From: Gammaproteobacteria bacterium
Lineage (GTDB): Bacteria; Pseudomonadota; Gammaproteobacteria; CAJXQU01
Assembly: GCA_965238175.1 (NCBI GenBank)
Contig: CBDEGZ010000003.1
Span: forward strand, 2,720,001 to 2,784,000
Direction of reading: 5' to 3'
DNA: 64,000 nucleotides
Part shown: positions 48,841-59,312 of the stretch, one piece after another
Layout of the letters: each line of letters opens with the position of its first letter
How positions within the stretch are numbered: position 1 is the stretch's first letter
Translations under genes and position numbers: made by a program
Notes under the pieces: model-generated
The model's input: the letters and a program-made list of their open reading frames with translations, nothing else
What the model was told of the DNA's origin: nothing
The model's database searches: none

Positions 48841-51741
48841 ATGTCCGATGTAGTACTTGAACAACAAGCTGAAGATCAGTCCGAAAGCGAACAACAAACG
48901 TCTGAATCACCTATAGAACGATTTCTTGCCATTAATGCGGCCAGGTTCGCACGCATACAGTCTTCATTAAGCCAAAGAAAAGAAGCATTTCTTGATGCTC
49001 TGCCGATGCTTTTTCATATAAATGATAAAACACTGCCAGGATATGTTTCTGATAAAACCCCATGCGGAATCGCAAACTACACACCTTCTGGTCAATCCAT
49101 GTTTGAAACTCGGCGAATTGCAAAAAATTCTGCTATTGGTAAAAGAGCACCGCAAAAATTTGATCTGCTGGGAATATATTTCATGGGTAGCCCCGGCACA
49201 ATTGCCTATAACGGCAAAAGTGACTTTGATATATGGCTATTCGTTGATCCAGATCTTGAAGAAAAATGCAATGAACTCGATCAAAAAGCAAGATTAATTG
49301 AACAATGGGCAGAAAAATCTGCCATTGAAGTACATTTTTTTATTATCAACCCGAATAAATTCCGTGATGGCGAAACATTACCGATCTCATTAGAAAGCAG
49401 TGGCAGTTCACAACACGGTTTATTGTTAGATGAGTTCTACCGATCAGGTATTTTGATCGCTGGATTACCACTTACATGGTGGTTAGTCGCACCAGAATAT
49501 GAAACACATTATGAGGACTATGTGCATAGTCAGCGAAATGTACAAATTCCCGACATTCCCAATATTGTTCAATGTATAGATCTTGGTCCTTTACTAGAAA
49601 TTGAACCTACTGAATTTTTTGGTGCAGGTATCTGGCAGTTGAACAAGAGTATTGCATCGCCTTATAAATCTGTCTTGAAACTATTATTGATCGAACTCTA
49701 TGCACAAGATGAAAGTGGTATTAGTTTAATTAGCCACCAGTTTAAAAAACGTGTCTACTCCGGGGTCACAGATATTGATCTTCTCGACCCCTGGATATTG
49801 ATGTTTGAGCTTGTTGAAGAATATTTAGAAAATAAAAATGATAAGCTTAGATTAAAAGTCTTACGTCGAAGTTTTTATCTTAAAGTCGATGAAAAATTAT
49901 CTGATACGGTAGACATTAATACCTCTCGTAATTGGCGAAAAAAGATAATCACTAATTTAGTGAAAAAATGGCAGTGGGATGAAGACAAAATCCTGGAACT
50001 TGATTCCAGAAACAACTGGAAGCTTGAGACAGTCACACACGAGCGAACAGATATTGTTAATACTCTAACAAATAGTTTTAGAGTTCTATCACGCTTTTCG
50101 CAAAAAGTAGAAATTCCAAAGATCACAAAAACTGATCTCCAGTTATTGAATCGAAGATTATTTGCAGCTTTTGAAAGGAAAGCTGGAAAAGTGGAAATTA
50201 TCAATCGTGGTATTTCACCTAATATCAATGAAGGTACAGTTTCACTACACATGCTGAGATCAGCGCCAGATCCTTCTTGGGGAATAAGCGAAACACCAAC
50301 AAACACAAGAGCATCGTGGGTGCTTTATCGCGGTATTATCACTGAAAAAGATCTTGGTGATTCAACACATTTAAAACGAACTTCCAGCCTTATTGAAATG
50401 TTGTCGTGGTGCTACTTCAACAAAATTTTAAATGTTGAAAGTAAAATCACCTTGTATTTACCGTCAGACAAAAAAATATCTCAACAAGAAATCAGAACTA
50501 TTCTGGAATCGTTGACTAAACAGTTCCCTCTTGATCAGAAATTTGATAATCAAGCACTTGCTAATCCAGCCCAAATCACCTCTGGTGCCGTCTTTGTAAA
50601 TGCAGGATTAGTTCCAAAATCAGACCCCTCACTAAGCGATACTTTACTGTCCAGTCAACGGAGTAATGCGCTAAGCTATGGCGGCCAGCATGAAAACTTA
50701 ACCAAAACATTTGATCTTGTTTTCACGACCAGCTGGGGTGAAACATTTATAAAAAATTATTCTGGATCAGATAGCCTAATTGATTGCATTACAGAGTATA
50801 TGTCCTGGGCGCCAACGTCACAACAAATCCCACCAGCCGTGCTCGAAGTTTACTGTTATTCTCCAGGTTATGGTGCACAGATTAGAAAAACACTTAATAC
50901 ACTTTTTAGAAATATTGTTGATCATTTTTATAATGAAAATTCGTCGAGTGATGGTAGGTATATACTTGAGATAGAAGATGGATTTCAAAGCCTTGAACGA
51001 CGTGGAGAAGTAATTAATCACAATTTCATCTCTAGTCAGAATGAACTGATTCACTATTTAGAAAAACCAAAAATGCAATTCTCCCATGTGCATTTTGGAC
51101 CATACGCCTGTGATAACACACTATTGCCATCAATCTACACACACAACAAACTAGATTCAGTACAACTATTTTTTTACTTGAATAATAATCAGGCGAATGT
51201 ATACATTTTGGATGAAAAAGGATCACTTTTTATTCAAAATAACTTTTACCTGGATAAACATAGTCTGTTTGGTCACTACAAAACTTTTTCAGATACGATC
51301 ATAGAAAGAATTATGCACAATGACCTGACAAGTTTGTTAGAAGGTTCTGAAGTAACAACAGAGCTCTATCAAATAGAAAAAGATAAATTCAGTGGTTTTA
51401 AAGTTGAAAGTATTTCACTAAAGATGGATCGATCAGATAACTTTTTAAGTTTGCAAGTGCTATGTGATCTTGATGAAAATAATACTGAACAATATACGAT
51501 TTTCTGTCAAGAACAAGAATTTTCTTCCTTGCAATATGGCGATAGTTTATACGAAGTCGTTGCAAAACAAATCATGAAATTTAGAGGCAGTCGTCAAACC
51601 TATCCAGCCTATATAACTGACATTGATCTTTCTCAAGCTATGCTAAGTGATAGTGATAAAAACCAATACCAATCAGTCCAATTCTTTAGATATAAAAAAC
51701 ATATCGAATTAAAATTAACCCGAGCTTTGGAAAAGTTATAG
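48841..51741 (+). CDS. cyaA: Class I adenylate cyclase
   Basis: LPGYV, YFMGS..SDFDIW, ESSGSSQH.LLLDEFYR, SPYKSVLK, YPAYITDID. Confidence 0.93.
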   Translation: MSDVVLEQQAEDQSESEQQTSESPIERFLAINAARFARIQSSLSQRKEAFLDALPMLFHINDKTLPGYVSDKTPCGIANYTPSGQSMFETRRIAKNSAIGKRAPQKFDLLGIYFMGSPGTIAYNGKSDFDIWLFVDPDLEEKCNELDQKARLIEQWAEKSAIEVHFFIINPNKFRDGETLPISLESSGSSQHGLLLDEFYRSGILIAGLPLTWWLVAPEYETHYEDYVHSQRNVQIPDIPNIVQCIDLGPLLEIEPTEFFGAGIWQLNKSIASPYKSVLKLLLIELYAQDESGISLISHQFKKRVYSGVTDIDLLDPWILMFELVEEYLENKNDKLRLKVLRRSFYLKVDEKLSDTVDINTSRNWRKKIITNLVKKWQWDEDKILELDSRNNWKLETVTHERTDIVNTLTNSFRVLSRFSQKVEIPKITKTDLQLLNRRLFAAFERKAGKVEIINRGISPNINEGTVSLHMLRSAPDPSWGISETPTNTRASWVLYRGIITEKDLGDSTHLKRTSSLIEMLSWCYFNKILNVESKITLYLPSDKKISQQEIRTILESLTKQFPLDQKFDNQALANPAQITSGAVFVNAGLVPKSDPSLSDTLLSSQRSNALSYGGQHENLTKTFDLVFTTSWGETFIKNYSGSDSLIDCITEYMSWAPTSQQIPPAVLEVYCYSPGYGAQIRKTLNTLFRNIVDHFYNENSSSDGRYILEIEDGFQSLERRGEVINHNFISSQNELIHYLEKPKMQFSHVHFGPYACDNTLLPSIYTHNKLDSVQLFFYLNNNQANVYILDEKGSLFIQNNFYLDKHSLFGHYKTFSDTIIERIMHNDLTSLLEGSEVTTELYQIEKDKFSGFKVESISLKMDRSDNFLSLQVLCDLDENNTEQYTIFCQEQEFSSLQYGDSLYEVVAKQIMKFRGSRQTYPAYITDIDLSQAMLSDSDKNQYQSVQFFRYKKHIELKLTRALEKL

Positions 51742-51822
51742 CTTCGCGGTATCTTAACAGTAAGTTCATTGTGGGCTGATCTGCAAAGCCTTATACTGCA
51801 TCAAAAAAGGTAGATCTTCCAA

Positions 51823-53082
51823 ATGAACTTTTCACGCTTCGGTAAGAAATTCACACAACAATCCGGCATTCTTCAATTGATGAATGATCTTGGCCAAGCA
51901 ATGTCTGGTAATTCAGACATGTTAATGCTTGGTGGTGGAAACCCTGGTCACATTCCTGAAGTCCAGTCCCTTTTCCGCAAACGGATGCAGCAGATCCTGA
52001 ATAATGAGAATGCTTTCGAAAAATTAATCGGCAATTATGATCCACCACAAGGTGATCAAGAATATACAAAAGCATTAGCAACATTATTAAAAAATACCTA
52101 TGGCTGGGATATAAGATCAGAGAACATTGCGTTGACATTGGGCAGTCAATCAAGTTTTTTCATGTTGTTTAATCTCTTTGCTGGTGAGACTAATGACAGT
52201 AAAAAGAAGAAGATCCTTTTTCCCCTGACACCTGAATATATTGGCTATTCAGATCTTGGTTTAACAGAAAATTCTTTTATTTCACAACGTCCATCAATCG
52301 AACACATAGACAATCACACATTTAAATATCATGTTGATTTCGACACATTAGAGATATCCGATAACATCGGTGCCTTATGTGTTTCACGCCCAACCAATCC
52401 AACTGGCAACGTGCTAACTGATGCAGAAATTAACCACTTATCAAGGCTAGCTGAAGAACACCAAATTCCACTCATTATCGATAACGCCTACGGCCTTCCC
52501 TTTCCAGGCATCATTTTTACCGAAGCTCAAGCCATTTGGAATGACACTACAATTCTGTGTATGAGTTTATCTAAACTGGGTTTACCTGGCACGAGAACCG
52601 GGATCGTTATTGCAGATCCAAAAGTGATCGCAGCTATCACTGGAATGAATGCAATTTTTAATTTGGCTACCAGTGGCTTTGGTCCACAACTAACCTTGGA
52701 AATGGTAAAAACGGGTAACATAATTTCTTTAAGTAAAAATTTGATAACACCTTATTATCAACAAAAAGCCGAGCAAGCTATTGCCTGGCTGTCAGAGCTT
52801 TTGCAAGGTGTTGACTTCCATCTACATAAGGCAGAAGGTGCACTTTTTTTATGGCTTTGGCTACGTGAATTACCGATAAAAAGTGAAGTTCTTTATGAAA
52901 GAATAAAAAATCGTGGCGCACTTGTGGTGTCGGGACATTATTTTTTTCCAGGCCTCCAAGATGAATGGCAACATCAGCACGAATGTATACGGATCACCTA
53001 TTCACAAGATGATGAAACGGTTCGGAAAGGTCTTGAAATTATCGCAAAAGAAATTAAACGCGCTTATGATAATTCTGCTTAA
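51823..53082 (+). CDS. avtA: Valine--pyruvate aminotransferase
   Basis: FSRFGKKFT, MLGGGNP, SRPTNPTGNV, DNAYG, SLSKLGLPG. Confidence 0.93.
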   Translation: MNFSRFGKKFTQQSGILQLMNDLGQAMSGNSDMLMLGGGNPGHIPEVQSLFRKRMQQILNNENAFEKLIGNYDPPQGDQEYTKALATLLKNTYGWDIRSENIALTLGSQSSFFMLFNLFAGETNDSKKKKILFPLTPEYIGYSDLGLTENSFISQRPSIEHIDNHTFKYHVDFDTLEISDNIGALCVSRPTNPTGNVLTDAEINHLSRLAEEHQIPLIIDNAYGLPFPGIIFTEAQAIWNDTTILCMSLSKLGLPGTRTGIVIADPKVIAAITGMNAIFNLATSGFGPQLTLEMVKTGNIISLSKNLITPYYQQKAEQAIAWLSELLQGVDFHLHKAEGALFLWLWLRELPIKSEVLYERIKNRGALVVSGHYFFPGLQDEWQHQHECIRITYSQDDETVRKGLEIIAKEIKRAYDNSA

Positions 53083-53629
53083 TCACATACCAGAGACTAC
53101 CCACATCAGACTTTTGTTCAACCAATAAAAGAGTGATCAAAATTTCCTCCAGTGAAGCAAGAACACAAACAACAACGGCAGCATGAAATAACCAAACCGT
53201 GCCGCCAAGGAATAACACAATAGACGAGATCGCCATAAAAACTGCAGCGATTTTTGTTAGCCATGTATGATAGCTCGGATAGTTTCCAAACTTAAAAATA
53301 CAGATCAAAACCGGCAAGACAACACTGCACAAAATCGCGACCACATAAAACATTTCTTGTCGTATAACTTCCGGCCATAATAGCCAGGCACATATGGGTA
53401 TCGTTAAGTAAACCGCAAAATCTGCAAGGCTATCTAGCTTTGCTCCAAGTGATGATTGCAAATTAAACTTTCTAGCAATCGCACCATCCAGAGCGTCTGT
53501 GACAAAGCTAAATGTGAGTAAAGACAAAAAAATGGTTGAGTAACCTTTGTAAGAAAAAAAGATCAAAAGTGGCACCGTCAATAAGCGCATAACACTTAAA
53601 ACATTTGGGATATACGCTGGTAGACTCAT
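53054..53629 (-). CDS. CDP-alcohol phosphatidyltransferase family protein
   Basis: PNVLS..R and signature DALDGAIARK..GAKLDSLAD. Confidence 0.9.
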   Translation of the reverse strand: MSLPAYIPNVLSVMRLLTVPLLIFFSYKGYSTIFLSLLTFSFVTDALDGAIARKFNLQSSLGAKLDSLADFAVYLTIPICAWLLWPEVIRQEMFYVVAILCSVVLPVLICIFKFGNYPSYHTWLTKIAAVFMAISSIVLFLGGTVWLFHAAVVVCVLASLEEILITLLLVEQKSDVGSLWYVIKQNYHKRV

Positions 53630-53931
53630 TCTAAGTTTGACTGGTTCTTATCTGTTCTGTCCTTACCCGAACTGTTATCTTTTTCCGTATCACTATTTTT
53701 CAAGTTACTTGCTTTGTCGACAACGTCTTTCGTTTTGTCTTGCATCACTTTTAGCCAATGCTTGGCCCAGGCAAACTCCAGACTGAGAATGGCTAAACCT
53801 GCAGGAATAACGACAATAGCTGGACCTGGTGTAACAAACATTATTATTCCGATAATGACCACTGTTGTACCAATAAGAAAGATCGTAATACGCCGGATCA
53901 ATTTATAAGTTATTTCTAAGGTATGTCGCAT
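53626..53931 (-). CDS. PGPGW-family small membrane protein
   Basis: GIIMFVTPGPAIVVIPAGLAILSLEFAWA. Confidence 0.8.
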   Translation of the reverse strand: MRHTLEITYKLIRRITIFLIGTTVVIIGIIMFVTPGPAIVVIPAGLAILSLEFAWAKHWLKVMQDKTKDVVDKASNLKNSDTEKDNSSGKDRTDKNQSNLE

Positions 53932-53940
53932 TTCTGGAAT

Positions 53941-54717
53941 TTAAGGTTCAATCAAGCCAAACCCAGCCTGTAGGGCAGCATGATCTGACAATTTACGCCA
54001 TGTTTTTGACTTAAGACAGCGACAATTTTCGGGGGTTAAATTACGAAAATAAATTCTATCAACAGGTAATACAGGCCACCAGACTGGAAAGGTTTTCGCG
54101 CGTTCGCCGGTAAGTGTTTCAAATACTTCTGAAAGTCCTAACTGCTGACTAATACTCTTTTCAGCTTGCCCCAGCCAATCATTAAAATCACCCGCAATAA
54201 TTAACGGACATTCTGCCGGCACTTGAGTTTTAATGCGATGAGATAATACTCGCAGCTGGCGCCGTCGTTCCGATGCACGAAGGGCTAGATGAATACAAAA
54301 AACATGAAAATATTTCTTAGAATGGGGCACGTGTATTACCGCATGTAATAAACTTCTACTCGCACGTTTACTACTGGATACATTAATGTTCTCCCAATGG
54401 ATAATGGGGTACTTACTCAAGATTGCATTGCCATGATGCCCAGAATAATAAATAGCATTTTTGCCATATGCATAATGAGGCCACATTTTTTCAGCAAGGA
54501 ATTCAAATTGCGGAAGAGAAGGCCATCCGTTTATGCGTTCTTTTTTTCGCTCATGTTCACCTTGTATTTCTTGCAAGAAAACCAGATCGACATCTTCGAT
54601 TTCGATCGCGTCACGAATTTGATGTAACACAAATCGGAAATTACCCGTGCTAAATCCTTTGTGAATATTATAGGTTAGCACTCTAAAGTGCTCGGGAACT
54701 TCTGTTGTTTTTTTCAT
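53941..54717 (-). CDS. Endonuclease/exonuclease/phosphatase family protein (YbhP-like)
   Basis: LTYNIHKG, LQE, YGKNAIY..GHHGNAILS, AGDFNDW, LSDH. Confidence 0.9.
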   Translation of the reverse strand: MKKTTEVPEHFRVLTYNIHKGFSTGNFRFVLHQIRDAIEIEDVDLVFLQEIQGEHERKKERINGWPSLPQFEFLAEKMWPHYAYGKNAIYYSGHHGNAILSKYPIIHWENINVSSSKRASRSLLHAVIHVPHSKKYFHVFCIHLALRASERRRQLRVLSHRIKTQVPAECPLIIAGDFNDWLGQAEKSISQQLGLSEVFETLTGERAKTFPVWWPVLPVDRIYFRNLTPENCRCLKSKTWRKLSDHAALQAGFGLIEP

Positions 54718-54726
54718 TCCCTCTCT

Positions 54727-56532
54727 TTACTTATTACTTCCAAGTCGTGCTTTAATTTCATCTCCTTTACCAGAATCTTCTTGAGCATTTTCCATCAGAA
54801 AATCCACCCAATTATTAAAACGATCGACTATAGACTCTTCCTTTTTAGAGGGTGGAACATAAACTTCTTCGATGACAACAGTATTAGCCTTTTTAGTATT
54901 ACTTTTATCTTCAACTACTTTTGGTTTTTTTTCTAAAGGTACTGCATTGCTTACTTCATCAACAATGATAATTTTACCTTCCGCAGCTAATTCAGCTGCT
55001 GTTTGTTCATCAAGAACCAATGGCGATCCCTCTTGAGATGACGCTGAGATAATTCCAGCCTCTTTAATCGGGGCTGCTTGTTCTGAAATAGTCGTTTCTG
55101 ATAAATTTGTTCCTGTACTAGTACTACCAATTACGACAGGTTCTCCATCAACAATAATTACCCTTTCTTGAATAACCGGTAGTTCATTCAACTTTTCTAC
55201 GGATCCTTCGATGGGAGCTTCTTCTGTATTTATAACGGGACTTTCTGACTCTTGAGTAATGATCAGTTGTCCTTGAATCAACTCTACAGGTTTATCACTG
55301 ATCACATCTTGCGGTACAAAACCTGGCCTGACCACTTGCTGTATTTTCTGAAAGTTACCGATAAACAAACCACTAACCAATACCGTTAGCATTATCAATG
55401 CATATTTTAACCCTCGTCGAAAACCAGCTTTATGAGCAAGTTCCACAGATTCTACCGAAGTGGGATCTTCATCCATCAACATTGCGGTGAGATCAGGTTC
55501 ATCATGTAGCTTTGTTACTGTTTGCGTTAATGATTCCTTGACAATAGATACAATCTGACCAGAGGCGTGACCTGACAAAATTTGTTCGGAAGATGAGCCA
55601 ACTTTCTCTGTCAACTCAGGTGAAGTGAGAAACTCCTGCCTCCAAGCCATGATCGTTTGCGGCCTGTCACGAGTTAAGAAAGCGAGACCATGATCAATCG
55701 CCTTAATAAAATCGCTAGAGTATCGTTTATCAGCCAGTTCATGACAGGCTATCAAATTATCCTGTTCATTCCCTGTCAACGCCTCACCACGAGTAATCGC
55801 ATCACTCGGCGGCACACCTGTAACTGCACGATATAACGTTGCGGCCATTCCATAAATATCCGACCATGGCCCTTGTTTATCACTCTTACTAACGTATTGC
55901 TCTATCGGTGCATAGCCTGGTGAGACTAGACTGGTTAAAGTGTGTGTTTCTATTTCTAATGATTGACGTGCAGAACCAAAATCAAGCAGTACTGGAGATC
56001 CATCTGTACGAATAAAAATATTTGCGGGTTTTATATCTCGGTGGATAAAACCAGCTTCATGTACTCGCTCTAGTCCATCGAGAACGGGAAAAAGAATATT
56101 TAGTAGATCTGATTCATCAAGAAACTTCTGTCGGATCAAAACTTCTTTAAGACTCACGCCCTGCTCATATCCCATCACCATATAAGCCGAATTATTCGCT
56201 TCAAAGATATTCATTATCCGAACAACATTAGGATGATCAAATTGATCAAGAATACGCGCTTCATCAATAAAACGTTGTAGGCCTTGGGTGAATTTTTCTT
56301 GCAGCGTTTCAGAAACTGGTCGGACAGTCTCCGCACCATCTCGCATGGCATATTGCCCTGGTAGAAATTCTTTAATGGCGACCAGACGATCGAGATTTAT
56401 GTCACGTGCCAGATAGGTAATCCCAAATGCACCTTGCCCAAGCACTGATTTGATCTGATACCACAGCAATTCATACCCTGCGGGCAGGGCATTACGTGAG
56501 TTTAAGTTGTTCCCCTGTGGTGCCTTTTGCAT
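54727..56532 (-). CDS. Membrane-anchored Hanks-type Ser/Thr protein kinase
   Basis: LGQGAFGITY, VAIKE, HRDIKPAN, DFG, YAPIEQY; TM helix YALIMLTVLVSGLFIG. Confidence 0.9.
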   Translation of the reverse strand: MQKAPQGNNLNSRNALPAGYELLWYQIKSVLGQGAFGITYLARDINLDRLVAIKEFLPGQYAMRDGAETVRPVSETLQEKFTQGLQRFIDEARILDQFDHPNVVRIMNIFEANNSAYMVMGYEQGVSLKEVLIRQKFLDESDLLNILFPVLDGLERVHEAGFIHRDIKPANIFIRTDGSPVLLDFGSARQSLEIETHTLTSLVSPGYAPIEQYVSKSDKQGPWSDIYGMAATLYRAVTGVPPSDAITRGEALTGNEQDNLIACHELADKRYSSDFIKAIDHGLAFLTRDRPQTIMAWRQEFLTSPELTEKVGSSSEQILSGHASGQIVSIVKESLTQTVTKLHDEPDLTAMLMDEDPTSVESVELAHKAGFRRGLKYALIMLTVLVSGLFIGNFQKIQQVVRPGFVPQDVISDKPVELIQGQLIITQESESPVINTEEAPIEGSVEKLNELPVIQERVIIVDGEPVVIGSTSTGTNLSETTISEQAAPIKEAGIISASSQEGSPLVLDEQTAAELAAEGKIIIVDEVSNAVPLEKKPKVVEDKSNTKKANTVVIEEVYVPPSKKEESIVDRFNNWVDFLMENAQEDSGKGDEIKARLGSNK

Positions 56533-57628
56533 GATGGCTTATTACTCGATTCCGCCCTGATTCTTTTGCTTTGTAAACGGCTTGATCAGCCGCTTCAACA
56601 AGCTTATGTGCTGTTTCACTAATGTCATCGGTTTCCTCTATTAATCCCGTTGTTGCCACACCAACTGAAACAGAAACCTGCATATCGATTTCATTCGGAT
56701 CATACTCCCATTGTTCTATATTTTTTCTAATCCGTTCTGCAATTTCCATCGCCAGCTCAATATCAGCCTGTGCAAGCAAAACTGCAAATTCTTCACCGCC
56801 ATAGCGCGCAACAACGTCAATTGATCTGAGTTGCTCCCTGATCAATTGAGCGACATACCTCAGTACATCATCACCCACCTGATGCCCGAAGTTATCATTT
56901 ATACGCTTAAAATGATCAAGATCAATGAACAAACAGCCCAATGAAACACGATCTCTACGGGTTCGTTCAAGTTCTTCGTGTAAACGTTGGTCAAAAAATC
57001 GTCGATTATTGATGCCTGTTAGCCCATCAGTTAATCCAATAAAACGTAAGCGTTCACGAATTTCCGCCATTTCTAAACAAACAGAAACCACCGCTGCCAG
57101 GTGTTCCATAAAATCCGTTGCAGTATTTTCCTGAAATTTGTCTGGGTTATAACTCGCTAAAGTAAGAGATCCAATCAAACGTCGATTACGAATTAACGGT
57201 AATATTGCCGTACTACTGAGGCGTTGATCTGATTTTGGAAAAAGCCCAGAGTGCAAACGCGCTCGATAAGGCCCTAGGATTGGTCGTCGGCCATGCTCAA
57301 ATAATCGATCTATATGCTGAAGAGTATCAACTAGAAATAGTTCCGGAAAATCTGACCGTGGTGACCCTGTAGAGTCTAATAAACGATGAATTTCATATTC
57401 TGGGTCATGCAAAGTCAGTGAGATCACATCCCAACCGAAACCAGCGCGATAATCATAAAGTACTGTCCGCAGCATTTCGGGTAGAGAACCGCTGCGCATC
57501 AAACTTAACTCTAAAGACTGAAACCGCCGCCAACGTTCATCATTACGGCGTCCTTCGAGCAGCAGCCGATCTAGTTTTCGTTGTAATATTGCGTTAGATT
57601 GGTCTTGAATTATGCTCTTCCCGATCAA
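56492..57628 (-). CDS. DUF484/GAF-like plus GGDEF diguanylate cyclase
   Basis: DGLTGINNRR, DLDHFKRIND, RSID I-site, RYGGEEF. Confidence 0.9.
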   Translation of the reverse strand: MIGKSIIQDQSNAILQRKLDRLLLEGRRNDERWRRFQSLELSLMRSGSLPEMLRTVLYDYRAGFGWDVISLTLHDPEYEIHRLLDSTGSPRSDFPELFLVDTLQHIDRLFEHGRRPILGPYRARLHSGLFPKSDQRLSSTAILPLIRNRRLIGSLTLASYNPDKFQENTATDFMEHLAAVVSVCLEMAEIRERLRFIGLTDGLTGINNRRFFDQRLHEELERTRRDRVSLGCLFIDLDHFKRINDNFGHQVGDDVLRYVAQLIREQLRSIDVVARYGGEEFAVLLAQADIELAMEIAERIRKNIEQWEYDPNEIDMQVSVSVGVATTGLIEETDDISETAHKLVEAADQAVYKAKESGRNRVISHHAKGTTGEQLKLT

Positions 57629-57676
57629 AAAATCTATCTAAACTTAACTAGCACTCATATCAACTTGTATCCTGTT

Positions 57677-58714
57677 CTAGGTAACTTCTGCAATCACCAT
57701 ATCGGCGAACTCTGCCGTTGTTGCTTTACCACCTAGATCACCCGTTAAGTTCTTGCCCGCTCGGATTAACTTTTCCAATGCTTTACGAATACGATTTGCT
57801 TTTTCTTGCTCACCGACATGGTCCAACATCATCGCTGCACCAAGTAATAAAGCGGTTGGATTTGCGATCCCTTTCCCAGCGATATCTGGGGCCGATCCAT
57901 GCACGGCTTCAAATAAAGCTGCATCGTGACCAATGTTTCCACCGGGTGCCATTCCAAGCCCACCAACCAACCCGGCAATCTCATCAGATAGAATATCACC
58001 AAACATATTTGTCGTTAGAATGACATCAAATTGACTAGGATTCAGCACTAGCTGCATTGCGGTGTTATCAACAATCTTATCTTCAATTACCAAACGATCT
58101 TGATACTTCTTTCCGACTTCCTGACACGTTTCCAAAAATAGTCCTGTTAGAGCTTTGAGTATATTTGCTTTATGTACAATGGTCACCTTTTTTCGGCCAT
58201 TTTTTACTGCATATTCAAAGGCATATTCCGCAATCCGCCGACAACCACTACGCGTAATAAAACTGGATGACTCGGCCACCGCATGCGGATCGCCATCAAC
58301 AGGCACAAAATGTTCCGCACCAACGTACATTCCTTCAAGATTTTCCCTAATCAGCACAAGATCAATATCTGTATAACGGCCATCCGGAACAAAAGTTAGG
58401 GCTGGTCGCACATTTGCAAACAGTTTAAATGCCTCTCTCAAACGCACATTTACTGAACGAAAACCGCCACCAATCGGTGTAGTCAACGGCCCCTTTAACG
58501 CTAACTTTGTTTTTTTTATCGATTCAAGCACCGCATCTGGGATAGGATCACCGCCTTCATCCATCGCCGCCATTCCTGCAATCTGTTCATCCCATTCAAA
58601 AGGCGCATCCACAGCATCAAGAATACGAACCGTCGCTTTAACTATCTCAGGTCCAATACCATCACCATGTATAAGGGTTGCTGGAATAGTCTTTTTTGAA
58701 ACAGATTGAGTCAT
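57677..58714 (-). CDS. Isocitrate/isopropylmalate dehydrogenase family (NAD-IDH-like)
   Basis: GDGIGPEI, KGPLTTP..SVNVRLR, HKANILK, NMFGDILSD, FEAVHGSAPDIAG. Confidence 0.9.
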   Translation of the reverse strand: MTQSVSKKTIPATLIHGDGIGPEIVKATVRILDAVDAPFEWDEQIAGMAAMDEGGDPIPDAVLESIKKTKLALKGPLTTPIGGGFRSVNVRLREAFKLFANVRPALTFVPDGRYTDIDLVLIRENLEGMYVGAEHFVPVDGDPHAVAESSSFITRSGCRRIAEYAFEYAVKNGRKKVTIVHKANILKALTGLFLETCQEVGKKYQDRLVIEDKIVDNTAMQLVLNPSQFDVILTTNMFGDILSDEIAGLVGGLGMAPGGNIGHDAALFEAVHGSAPDIAGKGIANPTALLLGAAMMLDHVGEQEKANRIRKALEKLIRAGKNLTGDLGGKATTAEFADMVIAEVT

Positions 58715-58910
58715 AGTTTGATTTCCAAATAGATAGCTTACTTGTTAAATTGTCCCGTAGATTTTATACCAAACAAATCCATATGTACTGAAATAATGAT
58801 CTTAGTAGAATTAATCAACAGTTCCTAAATTAATCAAGTCTGCTAAAATCCTTCCCGCTAGATAAATCACGCTTCTCAAATAATGAAGAACAATCACACA
58901 AGGAACACAA

Positions 58911-59264
58911 ATGAACATCTATGTTGGAAATTTACCTTACAATACTGAAAAAGAAGATTTGGAGAACGTTTTTGCAAAATTTGGAGAAATTGAGTCCATA
59001 GACATTATCGTTGATCGCCGTTCGGGACGCTCTCGAGGATACGGCTTTGTCTCTATGCTTGATCAAGACGAGGCAAAACAAGCAGTGGAAAACCTCAACG
59101 GCAGCGAGCTAGGGGGACGAAATCTAAGAGTAGATTTTTCACGACCAAAACAGAGTAAAAAACCGAATCACAACAATAATAAACCGAGACAATCTGCACA
59201 ACAAGATAATACCCCTCCAAAATCAGGTGGAATTTTTGGTTTAATTAAACGAATTTTTAGCTAA
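58911..59264 (+). CDS. RRM RNA-binding protein
   Basis: RNP2 IYVGNL, RNP1 RGYGFVSM. Confidence 0.93.
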   Translation: MNIYVGNLPYNTEKEDLENVFAKFGEIESIDIIVDRRSGRSRGYGFVSMLDQDEAKQAVENLNGSELGGRNLRVDFSRPKQSKKPNHNNNKPRQSAQQDNTPPKSGGIFGLIKRIFS

Positions 59265-59288
59265 TTGACTAAACTAGTGAAACTCTCA

Positions 59289-59312
59289 GGAGCATCAACC
59301 TGTTGATGCTCC
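59289..59312 (+). terminator. Hairpin, probable terminator after the RRM gene
   Basis: GGAGCATCAA-CCTG-TTGATGCTCC followed by TTATT. Confidence 0.65.

Noticed and set aside
53941-56532. Kinase plus nuclease anti-phage system
   Set aside because: The EEP protein looks like housekeeping YbhP, the context is core genome, and there are no other defence or mobility genes
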